This document shows positions 63,501-64,000 of a stretch of DNA of 64,000 bases, piece by piece (position 1 is the first letter of the stretch; the number at the start of each line of letters is the position of its first letter). Position numbers and translations under genes: made by a program. The DNA is from Antedon mediterranea. Lineage: Eukaryota; Animalia; Echinodermata. The DNA lies in assembly GCF_964355755.1 (NCBI RefSeq), contig NC_092678.1, positions 6,278,422 to 6,342,421 on the forward strand. The letters run 5' to 3'. Below the pieces are notes generated by a model, which was given only the letters and a program-made list of their open reading frames with translations, had not been told where the DNA came from and searched no databases.

Positions 63501-63729
63501 ATTTGTCGTATTCGATTTAGACTTTCACCATTGAGTGCAGTTTTTCCGTTGAGTACTTCTTTAACAGAGTATTTTGAGCGTTGAGATTGTTCTTAACGAA
63601 AAAGCTTTCGTTGTCAACGTTTTCTATTCAAATGACTTTCTGTTGAGCACAAATTTACAATTCGAATACAAAAAGTACTCAACGAATCTTTACGTTGACA
63701 ACGAAAGTTCCCAATCGAATACGACAAAT
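63501..63729. mobile_element. Fold-back/MITE-like element
   Basis: ATTTGTCGTATTCGATT ... AATCGAATACGACAAAT terminal inverted repeat, plus an internal CGTTGAGTACT/AGTACTCAACG pair. Confidence 0.68.
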
Positions 63730-64000
63730 ATCATCATTATACACAATGGAAAAATCTATTATTATAGTTATTTATAGTCACGGTAATAACCAGTGTGTAT
63801 GATTACCTTGAAAAAGCTTGCTTAATAGATGCATAAATTACTGCAGTAACTGCAGTAGAATAAGTTTGACATGCTCCCTTACTATAGTAGTATACAAACA
63901 ATCTTTATATTTTCTTCCCATGAATGTGCCTGATTATGAGAAAAAGTACATGAAAATTAATCACGCCAAATCTTATCTTATAAAGAGGTAATCGCCAGCG

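Overview
AT-rich, intron-rich eukaryotic genomic DNA from an invertebrate animal; Pox neuro and the repeat landscape suggest a non-vertebrate bilaterian, possibly an echinoderm (inference). Four protein-coding loci could be assembled by hand from GT-AG splice sites. (1) SLMAP on +, 5'-truncated by the window edge: 25 exons from 649 to 28247, with FHA domain, long coiled coil and C-terminal tail anchor. (2) An LHFPL3/4/5 (TMHS)-family tetraspan gene on +, 3 coding exons, 31377-39245. (3) Pox neuro, a paired-domain Pax gene without homeodomain, on -, 5 coding exons, 57967-47569. (4) An unrecognised two-exon gene on +, 60675-61661, encoding a presequence-like N-terminus, a degenerate HMG-box-like segment and a coiled coil. 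Non-coding DNA is dense with non-autonomous elements: several MITE families, tRNA-derived SINEs, a 5S rRNA-derived SINE family, a 5'-truncated LINE, and minisatellites, several of which arose inside MITE or SINE copies. There are no prokaryotic features such as CRISPR arrays or operons. Most short ORFs in the supplied track are repeat artefacts or exon fragments with intron read-through. All calls come from reading the sequence and recalled family motifs; no searches were run.
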